A DNA stretch of 64,000 nt, taken from IMG/VR virus record IMGVR_UViG_3300040801_002879, positions 23,418 through 87,417 of that record; one strand, 5' to 3'. The translations under genes and the position numbers were made by a program. The notes under the pieces were generated by a model that saw only the letters and a list, made by a program, of their open reading frames with translations, did no database searches and was not told where the DNA came from. Numbering within the stretch: position 1 is the first letter of the stretch; each line of letters starts with the position of its first letter. The DNA is from a virus. Lineage: Duplodnaviria; Heunggongvirae; Uroviricota; Caudoviricetes. Of this stretch, positions 63,845 through 64,000 are shown one piece after another.

Positions 63845-64000
63845 GGAAGTTCAATTTCTCCATACATTTGTATAGTATCACCTTTTTTGAAAGACTTGTC
63901 TTCGAAATAATATTTAAGAACATTGTCAAAATCAATGTGAGGAATTAATCCTTCCCAACCCTTATCAATTGTTACTTCCCAATCATTCGTTACCAAGCCC

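Overview
This window looks like a tailed dsDNA phage (siphovirus-like, judged by a tape-measure protein over 1100 aa). I could not determine the host; promoters and ribosome-binding sites are bacterial sigma70 and AAGGAG type, and GC is roughly 40%. The window has two parts.

(1) Late/structural module, + strand, about 1 to 22,050. The end of the tape-measure gene is followed by Dit-like and Tal-like tail genes and at least four fibre or host-specificity proteins. One fibre has a glycine-rich C-terminal domain. One has three His-rich collar-like repeats. Two are paralogous giants built from about 19-aa (57-bp) tandem repeats. A strong bidirectional intrinsic terminator closes the module.

(2) Early/middle region, mostly - strand, about 22,060 to 64,000. 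It holds replication and recombination genes (Rad52/Sak-like annealing protein, DnaB-like helicase, family-A DNA polymerase, DnaG-type primase). It holds DNA modification or anti-restriction genes (C5-cytosine methyltransferase, HNH endonuclease, ArdC-like protein). It holds RNA-repair-type genes (RtcB ligase, a pol-beta-type nucleotidyltransferase). It also holds an SPFH protein, a secreted HExxH peptidase, a KTSC protein, at least two tRNAs, a cluster of tRNA-like or structured RNAs, and about 70 small ORFs, many of them CxxC zinc ribbons. Short + strand islands at 54.9 to 55.2 kb and 59.7 to 61.1 kb carry small genes.

The most unusual content is non-coding.
- A modular promoter cassette is repeated at least 15 times on both strands: GTTAACA-N4-GTTAACA direct repeat, then a consensus -35/-10, then a conserved leader TATAATATA..AGTCAA, then AAGGAG.
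- A palindromic repeat family of 60 to 80 bp, centred on GGAGCTCC, has 11 copies between 50.4 and 61.3 kb.
- A bipartite CTATACGAAA-N7-10-TTTTCGCGGGAA motif forms an iteron-like array near 50.3 kb.
- A promoter-driven tRNA-like domain RNA carries the alanine identity set (G3.U70 and A73) but has no anticodon arm, which resembles a tmRNA tRNA-like domain.

Motif coordinates were read by eye and may be off by 1 to 3 nt. All protein-family calls are from motif recognition only; no searches were run.
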